This document shows, in pieces, positions 18,401 through 27,707 of a stretch of DNA of 64,000 bases. The position numbers and the translations under genes were made by a program. Position 1 is the first letter of the stretch; each line of letters begins with the position of its first letter. This stretch comes from Giardia intestinalis (lineage: Eukaryota): the NCBI GenBank assembly GCA_000002435.2, contig CM018792.1; one strand, written 5' to 3'. The notes beneath the pieces were generated by a model. The model was not told the origin of the DNA and searched no databases. It saw only the letters and a list, made by a program, of their open reading frames with translations.

Positions 18401-21400
18401 TTGGTTCTACCTTATAAGGTGCAGTTGATAATGCGTTTGTATATCTTTTATTGGTAAATTGTCTTGGGCTAGAGCCCTGCAAATAACCCAGCTTGGGAGA
18501 CGAGAAGATGTCAGACAGGACTGCCCATTCGATCTGGCCTTCTCTACCCTTCTTCACAATGCATGGAGAGGAAGGTGTAATGTTCAACAGCTGCATTTGA
18601 GTCCGGAGGTAGTACCGCCAAAATAAATACGAAACGGTCTTTTGGATCCGAGGTGAATAGAATCGATAATATGCAGCAAAGTCGCAGTCTCTATAGAATA
18701 AGTACTTGGCTATAGCGTTTGCACGGTAATTAGTTGATCGTTTCTGAAGAATTCCAAGCTTTCTATATGTTATTTCCTCAAATAGCTTATTGTCTTCAGA
18801 TATATCTTCCAGGTCAATTGGCACTGACGGAATAGTCTGTAGTTTTATCGCGTTAATTAATCTGTGTATATCCCTATCTTTAATGGGGATAAAGAGAGGT
18901 GGCACGTCTTCCATTCCTTCCTTTCTGAGCATCGTTGAAAACGCTGTATTGTAGTTCATCAGCTTGCGTGCATATTTGGCACGAAGCTTCGCCGCCGTAA
19001 AGCTAAAGTTTTCCTTTGCAAAAATTGTGTACGGTGGTACGTAGGGAACGCCAGATGTCCACCGAACAATCGACGGAATCAGTGGATTAATCCTCAGATC
19101 CATATTCGGATGCGACTCGTGCTTGTAAAGCGCAAATGAACTCGGTGTTTTTAATGTGAATTGAGGAGACAATGATCCCGTAGTTCGATGAAATAAGTTG
19201 GTATGTGAGTTCATGCCTGACTTCATGGCGGAGGCAGATAGCTTGCTGGCTCCTATGATAGTTGCCTTCAGATCAGTATGCAAAATACGTGGTTTGCTAC
19301 TTATGTTTATGTGCTCGGGTGAAATTTGGTTTAGGAGTGGGTCTACGTAGCGCACTATTCCATGATAGTCATAGCCATAATCCAATAATTTCTTGTATTT
19401 AAAAGGGTTATCAAAGGCCTCAATCACTGATGCATTTAGGTTGTCCAGATATCCAGTCAAGATAGTATCCTTTATGCAAACTCTTTTAGAAATGGTGCTG
19501 ACAAATTGGTAACACTCTGTGTCAAGGCAAGAGGCCAGGACAGCCTTTTGGAACGATCTAGAAATAAATGGATTAAATCTGCTTTCCAATTGTGATAGGT
19601 TGCTTTCTGACATGCTCTTCTTAATGAATAGAATATCACTTTCAGCAGATGCATTACAGACACGTGAAAAAGCAAGTTGCTGGGGTATAGCCCCTCTGAT
19701 GATGATAGGAGATGAATCTTTGTCCGTCTCTTCAGCGGCTTCTCTCAGAGACAAGTTGCTAATGGGCTCATAATGCTGCTTCACGGGGCCTTTGAGCAAA
19801 CTGTTGGCCCCAGCTTTGTTACGTATCGAATATCCGTGAGCATAATATGGCAAGTACATGTCAGTTTCGATAGAGTACTCATTAGTAATGCTTGAAGACT
19901 GAAGGTCGTAGGAGTGCTTATCCAAGTCGCTGCTAGCTTCATCCATGATATCAAGTCCTTTAGTATTAGCACAGGATTGCAAAGATATAGTAGATTGGAC
20001 AATGCTGTTAATATAACCAGTACATTTTTTCGTCAATCTACCACGGTACTGTCTATGTTTTGGAAAGACCCTGACAGCCTCAATTGTAGACTGAAAAGAC
20101 ATGGCACTGGATGAAAAGGAAAAGACTGACTGCTCAGTAGATGAGAAAGTCTCAGAAGATGATTCAGAAAACTGCAGGTTTGTTGTAGCAGGGTCAACAA
20201 GGAGCTGAACCGTGCTCAGAAGTGAAAGACCAGTCTTCACGTCTGGTAGCTTGCTAGCAAAGTTTCTTGACGCCAGCTGATTAAAGATGACCTTGAAGAG
20301 AGAAGCATGCTCGAACACTTGAGAAGAAAATCCCGTCAATTGCTTCACAGAAAGCGCTAACGAACTTGACTCCTGATTTCTTTCTGAGAAGATACTTGCT
20401 GAGAGTAGTTTGCTATTGCTTTGAGACTCTACACGCAGCTTCTTAAGGTATGATGGGTAAAGCTGTTGCAGAACAAAGAGAATGCTCAGCTTATGGCTAG
20501 GTGTTATCTTATAGAGATTAAATAAATTAATATTTTCTCTCAGCCTAACCGCCTTCGACTCTAGAGCAGACTTGAGAAATTCAAATGCCTTGTCCCAGTG
20601 TCTTAACTTTCGAGCACTAACAGAGTGGCCGGGAAGCTCGTGTTCGTTTGGTGAGATGTCCTGGTCAGCAAAGTTCTTCTGAGAAGGCCGATTTGACTGA
20701 AAAATAGTGAAGAGAGAAGTAAATGTAAGGTACACCCCATTAGACAGTATCTTCGATAGCCAATTGTGAAGGGCCCCTTTAACAGTAACAGACTTCGAAG
20801 TGGCATATCCGATATCAGAATTATTAAGATATGATGAAGCAGAGATTGAGGTACCGACGGTGGCTATGCTGGTCATGATGCCCGGATTCAAGAGTGGCTG
20901 GCTATCCGTAACCAGAGGAGAATCGCTAAGCACGAGATTTATGTCTGGAGTATTGTGCTTATGGGACTTATGTGCTGATAATTCCAACTGCCTTTTGCTA
21001 AGTGTAGACCCCAGCGAAAGTCGCTTTAAAGAGGAGGCCGAAAAGGTAGATGACTGTCTCAATGGACGCGTCAAGAAGTTGAGGAGACCCGTGACCGAGT
21101 TCCTTCCCAAGATTCCACTGTCATACGTAGCGTCTGCATATGACCAAGTAATATCACCTACATCAGCACGGGCTGTCGTTGAGCCCTCGGACGGAAGCTC
21201 AATTACTTTCTCTTTGGCCTGGCTTTCCTTTTGTGAGAGAAAAGTCGAAGACTTAGTTCTAGATATCGGTGACGATTCGCAGGTATTCTGACATGTCAAT
21301 GAGGTACATGATACTTCTAGTTCTGACTCCGGTGTAATGGCCTCAGCGCAGGGGCGAGTTAGGCACATCTTGTTTGAAGTAGAATGATTACGGTTTGTAC

Positions 21401-24400
21401 GGCACGTAGATAGAGAGGAAACATCTCGCTTAGACATAACCGTGCAGTATATCTTTAGGACAACTGCTCCCACCAGTGTGAAAACAGAGATAACAACGAT
21501 CAGAAAGGTTTCTGCAGATGAAATGTACGTGTGCATTGCCTGTCCAAACAGCTGTAGAAGAAGGCGCATGTGTGCGCCAGGAGGATAGCCGGTCATGTAC
21601 GTGATACTCGGCTTCCAAATAGCCGGGTCTTCCTCGATGTTCAGATGAGAATAAATGCTAGTGCTAAACTTGCTTGTCATGTCTGTGTATGCGTTTGCCC
21701 CAGGAACCCGTGTACACGCCTTCACAGGGTAATATTCCATATTGAACACTGCAATGGACATTAGATCAACCGTAACGAGATTCCGAATAATAGCAATACC
21801 TCGCTTTATGCACGTTGAGGCAAGATCCAGCACAATAAGGCGGTCAGAAATCGACGATTGCTCATATGCAACTGAATCAATCCCAGCTTCAGAACTAAAG
21901 ATCTGAGTCGCCACTCCATCAGTTACCATGATGACATTAAATCTTCTTGTTGTGATAAGCCGCTTCGTGGTCTTGTATTGTATGTTGATCCAGAACTGAT
22001 TATTGTATTCTAATACATTAGTGTAGCGCTCATTCGAGACAGGCACTTTACGAAGGACAAAGTATTCTATGTCAACTAGAGTGTCGAGAATGGACGAAAG
22101 GACCGACTTCATGCCAGAAAGAGTGGCATTTGTAGACCGCGTTAGCACGAAGTCCCCCATATTATTCAGCAAGGCATAGAATACTGGGACGCGGAGGTCA
22201 ACCAAGGTAGGAGCAGATGTACCAGAGGGCAAGATCTTGGAAGGCAAGAGTCCAAAGTTATGTATTGAGTCAAGCGTGCTGATAGATATGTTGTACTCAA
22301 TGGTGTAGACGGCAGCTAGTGCCTTTGTATTGTTGTCTATCCGACTCTGAGAACTAGTATATATGGGAAAGCTGGCAAAGTACAGGAGATATGAATACTC
22401 ATCAGTGGGATCGCCCTGAACATAGTTCTGCAGGGGCTGATACCCATAGTCCCAGTCCTCTGACTCTGCAAGGTTAAGAGGGTTGTACATAAAATTGGGG
22501 TGCAGCTTTCCAGTGAGGCTCGATGTGATTGTATTTAGTTGATAGCCCAGAACCTTCAGTAAGTAGTCATACGTCGAGGGACTGTCGCTGTTGGTAGGGT
22601 CTAGAGGACTCGACTTTGTGATGAACTCCGCAGACTCGTCAAATGGTGGATAGACACGCATAAACATCGGCAATGATAAAGCATTCATGATACTAACAAG
22701 CGGATGCTTGTCAACGTGCATAGCATAGCGTAGAATGTCGCGATTGATCGCCTGAATGTCGACATAGATGTTTTTGAGGTCGTTTTCATATATGCTAGTA
22801 TAGTATACCCTTTGGATGGTCCCGGGTGGCGCTTTTGCAGAAGCATAGATGCTCTGTGCAACGTCTGATCCCTGAGAAAAATCATCGCTGGAGCCAACAT
22901 CATCATAATCATGAAACGATGTTCGGGATGTTCGGCGATGGTGCTCCATGTCGTCCTCATAAAGGCTTCTGTGCTCTAGAGGAGAATCATCAAGATTGAA
23001 GGAATTTGGTGTCATGGCACTCGGCAGTGGCTGCTGGTTGATAAATAAATGAAAGACTCCGTCGAGCCTCCTTGTTCGAAAGGCCTCTGGAAGAATGGCC
23101 AAAATATAGCTAACGAGAAGAGGACTATAGAGCCCAAGATTCTCGATAGGAGTGGGGATGCTAGCAGGGGTAAATCCAATAGAGGCCGGCGCAATCCAGC
23201 TGACAACCTCTGTTGCTGGGTCAAGGAAGTACTTTGGCCTCTCTAAGCAATACAGCTTGGCGGCTTCATAGCCCACTTGAGATGAGAGATTGACATAAGC
23301 CGATGTGTGGTTGGCGTAGAAGCAGGTAGAAAACTCCTGATTCATAATGTTAGCATCCGAGAGAATGTTACCCAGAAGATCTTCAGCTAAATAACAGCCT
23401 TTTCTGAACGGCAGAGGAGAGCTGCTTGGGCTGCTGTAGTCGGGGTAAATCCTAAGGAGGTTCTCCATCTTAAGATGGGAACCCGGATCATTTAGGACAG
23501 CAGTGTAATTAAGTATCATCTCGTTATTGTCCATATTGACTGAACTATCGGGATAGAATGATGCTACAGTAAAATTGTCTAATATTTTCAGAATAGCGTC
23601 ATAAGTAGAAGCTCCAGATAGATAGCTGTTAATAGTCTTCTCCAGAACGTCACGAAACTTAGATATGGTAAGTAGTGCTGTGATATCGGAGGTATCCAAG
23701 ACGGAAGTAAAAAGGTCCTTCAGCTTCACAAACTCCTCAAGAAAGATAGCGTACGCGGGAACAAAGATATTCGATGGGTACCGATACTCTGACTTCAGAT
23801 CTGGAAAGAGTGTCCTGTCCTCAAAGTATGTCTTTAGAGTGACGGGTGTGGGAACGCACTCAGTGCCAAGGGCGGTCTTTGTGGTGACAGATGCCTTCTT
23901 AACGATGTCCTCCAGGTACACCAATGCTATTCTGTTGCCAAACTTAGTTACATTAATGTACTGGTCGAATGCTCTAGATTGGAAGCATATTTTAGTTCCA
24001 TTAAAAGGTATGCAATCTGTTTCTAGAACAGAGTGGGGCGGTGAGAGTAACAGCTTGTTAATGGGGTTAGAGACTTGTGCATAATTAAGTGGTAATCTGG
24101 ATGTGCTGAGAGTGTACATCTTTTTGATTTCCTCTAGAGTACAGGCTTGCCCTTGCGGAACCCTATAGCGTCTATATGCAAATGTAGCCTCACTAATACG
24201 CATATCAAATCCAATGCTATTGTTGGATTCGTCCGGTATCCCTACACGGATATATCCAAAAATTCCTACCTGTCGGCGAATAAACTTATTAACGACGCCT
24301 GCATAGATATACGCAGACTGCGGGATGTATTGAAGCTCATTGTTAACCGTCATGATGGAGCGCAGACCAAGAACTTCTGTGAGAAAAGAATGCTTGTAAA

Positions 24401-27080
24401 GATGATATGAGCCAGTGGAATTACCATCCAGAGGATCGCTGACATAGGTCTCAAGTCCGATGTTCTCAAACATCAAGATCTGAGAGTAGGGGTCTAAGAA
24501 GTACCGTCTCGTATTATTGTCTTGATGGTATATGCGCATGTAGCTTAGAGCGTCGTAATCGAGGCTCAATGGGGAGAAATGGACACTCGACACGTCTAGC
24601 TTGTGAATTAATGAGCCCCTGTATGTAAATAAGGGATTGTTGCCTGCCCTATTTGAGTAGCTAGTTTGCTGGGAATTAGGCCGTAGATGCGCCAGAATAT
24701 TATCTCTATGGCATTTCGCCAGTGTTTTCCCGCTTTGGGAAAGAACTCCATCGTACTTTAGATAGCAAGGATCTGTCTGTGCCACGACAGGCAGATTGTA
24801 GCCCATGTAGCTGTGCTCTTTATAGATAGCCAAAGAGGGAACGTTATCTGCAAACAGCTTCTTACCTTCATAATTAGCAATGTAGGTAAATAGAGGCAAC
24901 AGTTGACGGCGGAGTTCAGCATCGGATAGGTCGGAATAGAGGAAGAGGGTGGCGCCGCTCAAAACAGCAGAGAACCAGTTTGAGGCCTGGAGGACACCCT
25001 TCCGGGTGTTTCTGGCCATTGCCAATGAATCGATATACGAGAGCTCATCACAGGAGATCTTCAGCAAGCGCTTCATGAAGAACGACATGTCATATTCCAG
25101 TGGATAATCCACATCAAAATCAGTAAGTATTGAGCAGGAAGTGACCAGCACGGGGAAAAAGTGAAGCCTGGATGCCTTAAGGGATTTAAAACTGTGCGCC
25201 GAAACTTGCATGATGTCATAGAAATTACTGTCTGAATAAGAAAATACATAGACATTTTGATACTGCATAGATGTGAAAGCACGTGCCTCGTCAGAAATGT
25301 CGCATTCAGAATCGCACGCATAATAGTTGTTATAGACCCCCAAAACAAGCTCTTTAAGCAAGTCAGTCATATGAGTTATCATTTCAGCATGAATTGCTCT
25401 CTGACTGAAAAGATTCTTTGAAGGTCTGGCATACCGCCCAAACGCAGAGTCCCAAGACGAAAACGGATCTTGTGTGTCGTGTAGAAAAGTGTCTAGAATG
25501 AACTTTTTGTACTCCTCCTTGTTGTTTAAGACGGCTGTTTTGCTGTTATAATACGGGTTCTTGGCTACCGAAAACGTACGGTAATTCAAATCCTGATTCG
25601 AATAGTAGCGATAAATCTGGTAGTAGCTGTTAAGTGATCCTCTGTATGGATACTCGGTGTCGTTTGTAGAGTACCCACCGAAGAAAGGAGCACCTGGATA
25701 CTGAGTTCTTAAGCGTGCGTCGCCTTGCAGCCTGGTGAAGGAAGGTATTTCATACTTTTGTGTCCAAGGATTGTAGATATAAATCCAGATCCGGTCCATG
25801 ATGGTGCACATAGATGTAATGATCGCAAGTTGGTGCCTAACAATGTTGTTGACATAGTATTGGAGCTCCCTAGCAGATTGAGTGCGTAGCTTTGAAGGGT
25901 GGACTATGAATACTATATCTCTCTTTATATACCGACTGGTCAGAGCTGTACTACTTGACGCAATGATATCATCTATAGCAAGTTGCTTTACGGAATTTGT
26001 GAGAGGCTGTGAGACATCGAGAGGAACCAGGAGGCCCGACTCTAACTTGAGAGCATGTGCGCTGTTGGAGTCGTGAAAGTATGTCACTCTGCGTCTTCCA
26101 CATAGGTGCTTGTAGCTAAGGGCAATAGCAATCAGATCACGTAATCTATAAGATATAGAGAAGGGCGTGTTATCCATGACTACGATGGAGCTGATGAATG
26201 TCTTGCAATCTGAAATGTCAGCGTCAATCAGCTTAGCTTGCAAGAGGTAGGTGCAGGCCAGTTCTATAAGTACGTCCTTTAAGTCATATGGTACACCATG
26301 GTCCATAGTCAGATCATTATAGATCTTTAGAAACTCAGGTCTATATATGTCCCCGCTAGCAAGTGAATCGATTTTGAGTGAAGAAAAGAGAGGCTTTACA
26401 TGGTCTGTGTAAAGCTTAGCAAGGAGGATGCTGTTGTGTCCAGTACCTTTATCCTCAACCGATTTCAGCATCAAGAAGAGACATTTCTTGTTATCAAACT
26501 CCAGTAGGTCACATAGCTCTGGTAGAGCGGTTGGGTCATCGATGCTTTCTGGCACCACGTTGTATGCGTTGGCTAAAACACTGTCACAAGTAGTGCGGGA
26601 TATCTTATATGCACTGGATATGCTATCGTAGCTCATATTACTGACCGCAGTGAAAACGTCTGAAACTAGGTTAACATACTGTAGGCTTTCAAGCTGATAG
26701 TCCGACTTGTTGGGATCAAGTTTATCGAGGAACTTTCGGAGCGTATCAAGCAAATCACACTGTCCGCTAGATTTAAACTTTGGTGGTATTTGACTGGATG
26801 AAGGGCTTAAAGCATCGATTGCTCTGAAAACTGCAATGGCCTTAGAAAAGGGGGTTGTTTTTGGAAGAAACAGGTACCCCACTTGATGATAGATAGGGAA
26901 AAGGGAAATGGGCGGATCGTAGACAAAATCTTGATTGGTCAAGGACGCAATTGTATCCACGTAGGGAAAAGCATCCCATGCATCGTACAAGAAGTTGTCT
27001 AGCTTTTGGGACCACGCCCAATAGTCTGAGATGTTAATCTGTGCGGCGTACAATAAAATAGCAAGACAGAAAAGCCACAT
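15447..27080 (-). CDS. Giant hypothetical protein (3877 aa) with an N-terminal signal-like segment, one internal transmembrane segment and a 14-aa tandem repeat
   Basis: Uninterrupted 11.6-kb ORF with an ATG start in an AT-rich initiator (CTATTTATAAATG). The hydrophobic segment is FLIVVISVFTLVGAVVLKIY, and there are 14 copies of LGILP[PL]QGIDAPQS. Confidence 0.85.
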   Translation of the reverse strand: MWLFCLAILLYAAQINISDYWAWSQKLDNFLYDAWDAFPYVDTIASLTNQDFVYDPPISLFPIYHQVGYLFLPKTTPFSKAIAVFRAIDALSPSSSQIPPKFKSSGQCDLLDTLRKFLDKLDPNKSDYQLESLQYVNLVSDVFTAVSNMSYDSISSAYKISRTTCDSVLANAYNVVPESIDDPTALPELCDLLEFDNKKCLFLMLKSVEDKGTGHNSILLAKLYTDHVKPLFSSLKIDSLASGDIYRPEFLKIYNDLTMDHGVPYDLKDVLIELACTYLLQAKLIDADISDCKTFISSIVVMDNTPFSISYRLRDLIAIALSYKHLCGRRRVTYFHDSNSAHALKLESGLLVPLDVSQPLTNSVKQLAIDDIIASSSTALTSRYIKRDIVFIVHPSKLRTQSARELQYYVNNIVRHQLAIITSMCTIMDRIWIYIYNPWTQKYEIPSFTRLQGDARLRTQYPGAPFFGGYSTNDTEYPYRGSLNSYYQIYRYYSNQDLNYRTFSVAKNPYYNSKTAVLNNKEEYKKFILDTFLHDTQDPFSSWDSAFGRYARPSKNLFSQRAIHAEMITHMTDLLKELVLGVYNNYYACDSECDISDEARAFTSMQYQNVYVFSYSDSNFYDIMQVSAHSFKSLKASRLHFFPVLVTSCSILTDFDVDYPLEYDMSFFMKRLLKISCDELSYIDSLAMARNTRKGVLQASNWFSAVLSGATLFLYSDLSDAELRRQLLPLFTYIANYEGKKLFADNVPSLAIYKEHSYMGYNLPVVAQTDPCYLKYDGVLSQSGKTLAKCHRDNILAHLRPNSQQTSYSNRAGNNPLFTYRGSLIHKLDVSSVHFSPLSLDYDALSYMRIYHQDNNTRRYFLDPYSQILMFENIGLETYVSDPLDGNSTGSYHLYKHSFLTEVLGLRSIMTVNNELQYIPQSAYIYAGVVNKFIRRQVGIFGYIRVGIPDESNNSIGFDMRISEATFAYRRYRVPQGQACTLEEIKKMYTLSTSRLPLNYAQVSNPINKLLLSPPHSVLETDCIPFNGTKICFQSRAFDQYINVTKFGNRIALVYLEDIVKKASVTTKTALGTECVPTPVTLKTYFEDRTLFPDLKSEYRYPSNIFVPAYAIFLEEFVKLKDLFTSVLDTSDITALLTISKFRDVLEKTINSYLSGASTYDAILKILDNFTVASFYPDSSVNMDNNEMILNYTAVLNDPGSHLKMENLLRIYPDYSSPSSSPLPFRKGCYLAEDLLGNILSDANIMNQEFSTCFYANHTSAYVNLSSQVGYEAAKLYCLERPKYFLDPATEVVSWIAPASIGFTPASIPTPIENLGLYSPLLVSYILAILPEAFRTRRLDGVFHLFINQQPLPSAMTPNSFNLDDSPLEHRSLYEDDMEHHRRTSRTSFHDYDDVGSSDDFSQGSDVAQSIYASAKAPPGTIQRVYYTSIYENDLKNIYVDIQAINRDILRYAMHVDKHPLVSIMNALSLPMFMRVYPPFDESAEFITKSSPLDPTNSDSPSTYDYLLKVLGYQLNTITSSLTGKLHPNFMYNPLNLAESEDWDYGYQPLQNYVQGDPTDEYSYLLYFASFPIYTSSQSRIDNNTKALAAVYTIEYNISISTLDSIHNFGLLPSKILPSGTSAPTLVDLRVPVFYALLNNMGDFVLTRSTNATLSGMKSVLSSILDTLVDIEYFVLRKVPVSNERYTNVLEYNNQFWINIQYKTTKRLITTRRFNVIMVTDGVATQIFSSEAGIDSVAYEQSSISDRLIVLDLASTCIKRGIAIIRNLVTVDLMSIAVFNMEYYPVKACTRVPGANAYTDMTSKFSTSIYSHLNIEEDPAIWKPSITYMTGYPPGAHMRLLLQLFGQAMHTYISSAETFLIVVISVFTLVGAVVLKIYCTVMSKRDVSSLSTCRTNRNHSTSNKMCLTRPCAEAITPESELEVSCTSLTCQNTCESSPISRTKSSTFLSQKESQAKEKVIELPSEGSTTARADVGDITWSYADATYDSGILGRNSVTGLLNFLTRPLRQSSTFSASSLKRLSLGSTLSKRQLELSAHKSHKHNTPDINLVLSDSPLVTDSQPLLNPGIMTSIATVGTSISASSYLNNSDIGYATSKSVTVKGALHNWLSKILSNGVYLTFTSLFTIFQSNRPSQKNFADQDISPNEHELPGHSVSARKLRHWDKAFEFLKSALESKAVRLRENINLFNLYKITPSHKLSILFVLQQLYPSYLKKLRVESQSNSKLLSASIFSERNQESSSLALSVKQLTGFSSQVFEHASLFKVIFNQLASRNFASKLPDVKTGLSLLSTVQLLVDPATTNLQFSESSSETFSSTEQSVFSFSSSAMSFQSTIEAVRVFPKHRQYRGRLTKKCTGYINSIVQSTISLQSCANTKGLDIMDEASSDLDKHSYDLQSSSITNEYSIETDMYLPYYAHGYSIRNKAGANSLLKGPVKQHYEPISNLSLREAAEETDKDSSPIIIRGAIPQQLAFSRVCNASAESDILFIKKSMSESNLSQLESRFNPFISRSFQKAVLASCLDTECYQFVSTISKRVCIKDTILTGYLDNLNASVIEAFDNPFKYKKLLDYGYDYHGIVRYVDPLLNQISPEHINISSKPRILHTDLKATIIGASKLSASAMKSGMNSHTNLFHRTTGSLSPQFTLKTPSSFALYKHESHPNMDLRINPLIPSIVRWTSGVPYVPPYTIFAKENFSFTAAKLRAKYARKLMNYNTAFSTMLRKEGMEDVPPLFIPIKDRDIHRLINAIKLQTIPSVPIDLEDISEDNKLFEEITYRKLGILQKRSTNYRANAIAKYLFYRDCDFAAYYRFYSPRIQKTVSYLFWRYYLRTQMQLLNITPSSPCIVKKGREGQIEWAVLSDIFSSPKLGYLQGSSPRQFTNKRYTNALSTAPYKVEPSAVETQLSKMSLIAAAIKEIKSMSTGVLFAEDSVCLHHILVIRALYTKKIAECFYAPLSVVSLAGLALPQSAYTSLSSDVTIQFPVYALLERFYSSIIVPELSIWNLKEAGAETFSVCDSAAYGQFMIARKRAQARTSAMYALLDRNLFYRTQPEYAARMPFSDYSNAESSLENSIEAEASVIIPHIIKGLIEDSDDKNNDLNHGEQQYEYYLSNSSGYKIDMDDLFNYTSNTDGTELLPILPPQGIDAPQSLGILPPQGIDAPQSLGILPPQGIDAPQSLGILPLQGIDAPQSLGILPLQGIDAPQSLGILPPQGIDAPQSLGILPPQGIDAPQSLGILPLQGIDAPQSLGILPLQGIDAPQSLGILPLQGIDAPQSLGILPLQGIDAPQSLGILPLQGIDAPQSLGILPPQGIDAPQSLGILPPQGIDAPQTFDSPRGLMFQDKNLGMYPLTPNLDCLAITNSKLNNSITSSIVRDSTLVTPITEIDQISTDSLKVTNRFCAYDSKQVVYQRISMSLEADLSTNFLIEVIPGKDTLLSNRIDTGCIPPPEDIEIVIPDIRYKLRLKTNYDSYLNGSVLVSKIALHYQIPWLVPRRQKSKPRNAHLRISSSPPTLCFMSKRKDKASPIDNPRPVQTNPNHSDTAQSSTPSFYGTSSGANTITPISLDFPAQRVMDTMNSRQKQESVTSTNTLSTFSDGVQSGTVAAIRQSIPTCPGLQYMYNLSNPQPWDSTPSTATTITTLPKSFSSDPTEFDATPVMTLVLDLYSFRKSCLRLRSFFSDNLLIVDPDEQKTYILNADHRPPRVPIKVSDLICHNPIELAVHKIRLSLTALNFLYMKSMYLELGSVLFYRTLANMTIDDVLRNGLESMYKSLPWYNKKTNLQATKNNMTAYAPITLDCHKTGMPPWLPSPDLTTKQHIQLLYNFFIRQNNLAFAPLMHNFVIWNEWGLNYNDKGYIRVDFKGVHTNTIRDFMLQLIWLEPYY
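17099..17690. repeat. 42-nt tandem repeat, 14 copies, within the giant CDS; two co-varying unit types
   Basis: Units are gagcatctatcccctgcggtggtaggatcccgagtgattgag versus gagcgtctatcccctgcagtggtaggatcccgagtgattgag. Unit order on the + strand is H,H,R,R,R,H,R,H,H,H,R,H,H,R, where H is the catc unit and R the cgtc unit. Confidence 0.9.
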
Positions 27081-27180
27081 TTATAAATAGCCACACAACG
27101 AACCGGTTACTTATGAGGATACTTCGATGGAACTTCTTCAAAATCCACTACTGGACCGAATCGCCTCTCGCGTTCTGTGC

Positions 27181-27669
27181 CTAGGCAGAGCACTTTTTAT
27201 TTTTGCTTATGCCTTTGCGTATGATTGTGATTGTGAGGTATAGTAGACATAGAATGACAGCAGACAGTAGAGAGAGGACTGGAGAGGGAGCAATATGGTG
27301 CATGCCCTGCGCGCCATATCTCAGATGCACAGGAAGATCCAACTGAAACGCAGGCTCACAATCGCCACTAATGGGAGAGTGGTAATGGTACATAGGCTGT
27401 GTGCTTTGCACCAATGGACATTCTGCTGTAACGATGGTGATTAGGCCAATAGAATTGGGGTGACCTGAAGCATTAAGCGCCTGCTCTACTTTCCAGAGGG
27501 GCGACTCTAAGTCATCCACAAAAGTGCCGTCGACCATGCATTCCAATCTATGCCACTGACAAAGGCGTTTAATTTCATATCTATCGACAATCCAAGACAT
27601 GCTGAGGTATGCCACTGCACACTCTCCCGGCCTCCCCTCTAGCCTCACGGTTCTATGAAATGCGCACAT
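27181..27669 (-). CDS. Small hypothetical protein with a C-terminal transmembrane helix
   Basis: ORF of about 162 aa from the first ATG (the track's GTG start overlaps the upstream stop codon). The C-terminal helix is VLSLLSAVILCLLYLTITII. It starts just downstream of the AGTGAAC signal of the preceding gene. It is uncertain whether this ORF is expressed. Confidence 0.35.
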   Translation of the reverse strand: MCAFHRTVRLEGRPGECAVAYLSMSWIVDRYEIKRLCQWHRLECMVDGTFVDDLESPLWKVEQALNASGHPNSIGLITIVTAECPLVQSTQPMYHYHSPISGDCEPAFQLDLPVHLRYGAQGMHHIAPSPVLSLLSAVILCLLYLTITIIRKGISKNKKCSA

Positions 27670-27692
27670 GGGATTTTGTAATATCAGTAGTA

Positions 27693-27699
27693 GTTCACT
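27693..27699 (-). promoter_or_regulatory. Giardia-type polyadenylation signal AGTGAAC (AGTRAAY) for the ankyrin/coiled-coil gene
   Basis: On the minus strand the sequence is TAG TGTTTACAAGTGAAC, with the motif about 12 nt after the stop. Confidence 0.5.
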
Positions 27700-27707
27700 T
27701 GTAAACA

